Of a DNA stretch of 64,000 nucleotides, positions 62,809 to 64,000 are shown one piece after another. Numbering within the stretch: the stretch's first letter is position 1; each line of letters opens with the position of its first letter. This DNA is from Mobula hypostoma. Lineage: Eukaryota. Both the position numbers and the translations under genes were made by a program. The stretch lies in the NCBI RefSeq assembly GCF_963921235.1, contig NC_086107.1:109122001-109186000 (forward strand), in the 5' to 3' direction. The notes below the pieces were generated by a model. That model worked only from the letters and a program-made list of their open reading frames with translations, was not told where the DNA came from and made no database searches.

Positions 62809-64000
62809 TTAACCATTACCTATCGACACTAATCCCAGTTATCAGTACTTCATCCATAGCCTGCCACGGCTCAGCAATTCAAATGGTGCGAGCAGACTAG
62901 CCTGCACTACCACCACCACCTCACACAGTGTGTTCGCCCCTGTGGGGGAAGAATAGTTCTTCCTCAGGTCCCCTCTAAACCATTTGCCCCTCAACTTAGA
63001 CCTTTACCCTCTGACCCTAGACAGCTTTGTTATGGTGGAAGTCTCCCGCTGTTCACGGACAGTCTGTCTCTCATGATTCCGCTAAACCTTTACCAGGCCA
63101 CCCTCGAGCCTTTGCTTCTTGGTAACCGCAACATTTCATTCTGCCTTCTGTAAGTGTTCTTCCCTTGTGTTAGCTCAATACGCTGACGAGATTAAATGAT
63201 CTCTGTGCATGCTAAACAACGTTCTTCACTCTGCCTCCACACTTTTTTTTTACCCAGCGATACAGCTTGGAATAGGAATTTCCAGCCCTTTGTGCTGTGT
63301 TGCCCAGCAACCCCCCCCCCCCACCGACAACCCCGATCTAACCCGAACCTAATCACAAGACATTTTACGGTGACCACTTGCCAATGGGTGCCATGGCAGA
63401 GTGGTGGTTGGCAATAAGCTGTTCCAGCTCGGAGTTCAGTTCCAGGGCCATCCTGTAAGGAGTCTCTGTATGTCCTCCCTGTGGAAAGTGCAGATTTTCC
63501 CCGGGTGCTCCAGTTTCCTCCTGCAGTCTAACAGCATACCGGCTAGGTTAATTGGTCATTGTAAATTGCCCCGTGATTAGATAGATAGATAGGTATACTT
63601 TATTGATCCCGAGGGAAATTGGGTTTCGTTACAGCCACACCAACCAAGAAAAGAGCATAAGTATAGCAATACAAAACCCACAAACAATCAAACAACAATA
63701 TGCAAACTATGCCAGATGGAAATAAGTCCAGGACCAGCCTATTGGCTCAGGGTGTCTGACCCTCCATGGAAGGAGCTGCAAAGTTCGATGGCCACAGGCA
63801 GGAACGACCTCCCGTGCTGCCCAGTGTTGTATCTCGGTGGAATATGGCCGGAGTCCAACAGCAAAAAGTTCAATATCCGCTCTACAAACACGTTAGGTTA
63901 GGGTTAATCGTGGTTTTGTCAGGGATTGCTGGGGCGCCGTGGCTCGAAGCTCTGGAAGGCCCTACTCCACACTGTTTCGCGAATTGATTAATTAAGCTAC

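Overview
Vertebrate genomic DNA, most likely a cartilaginous fish (ray/shark), judged from its repeat set: V-domain SINEs, CR1, Rex1-like, RTE-derived and Penelope elements. The only host gene I can support is an ADAP1/centaurin-alpha-like ArfGAP-with-dual-PH gene on the + strand. Five coding exons (131, 92, 83, 113 and 147 bp) have AG/GT boundaries and compatible phases and encode most of the ArfGAP domain and PH1. The first coding exon and the downstream exons were not found and probably lie outside the window. Nearly everything else is intronic, heavily nested transposon debris, and most ORFs in the six-frame track are spurious or TE fragments. I see no prokaryote-type system or CRISPR. The most unusual items are: (1) Penelope-derived fold-back elements carrying minimal hammerhead-ribozyme motifs; (2) a CAG-ended hAT-like element with a 6-bp TSD, supported by an empty site, that keeps a zinc-finger first exon and splice donor; (3) a Tc1 copy whose inverted repeat extends about 135 bp into flanking DNA; (4) a composite TA-inserting transposon built from palindromic mini-elements with captured cargo; (5) a CCAAT/GC-box minisatellite just upstream of an ADAP1 exon. 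TE family names are from motif recognition, not database searches, and TE boundaries without a TSD are approximate.
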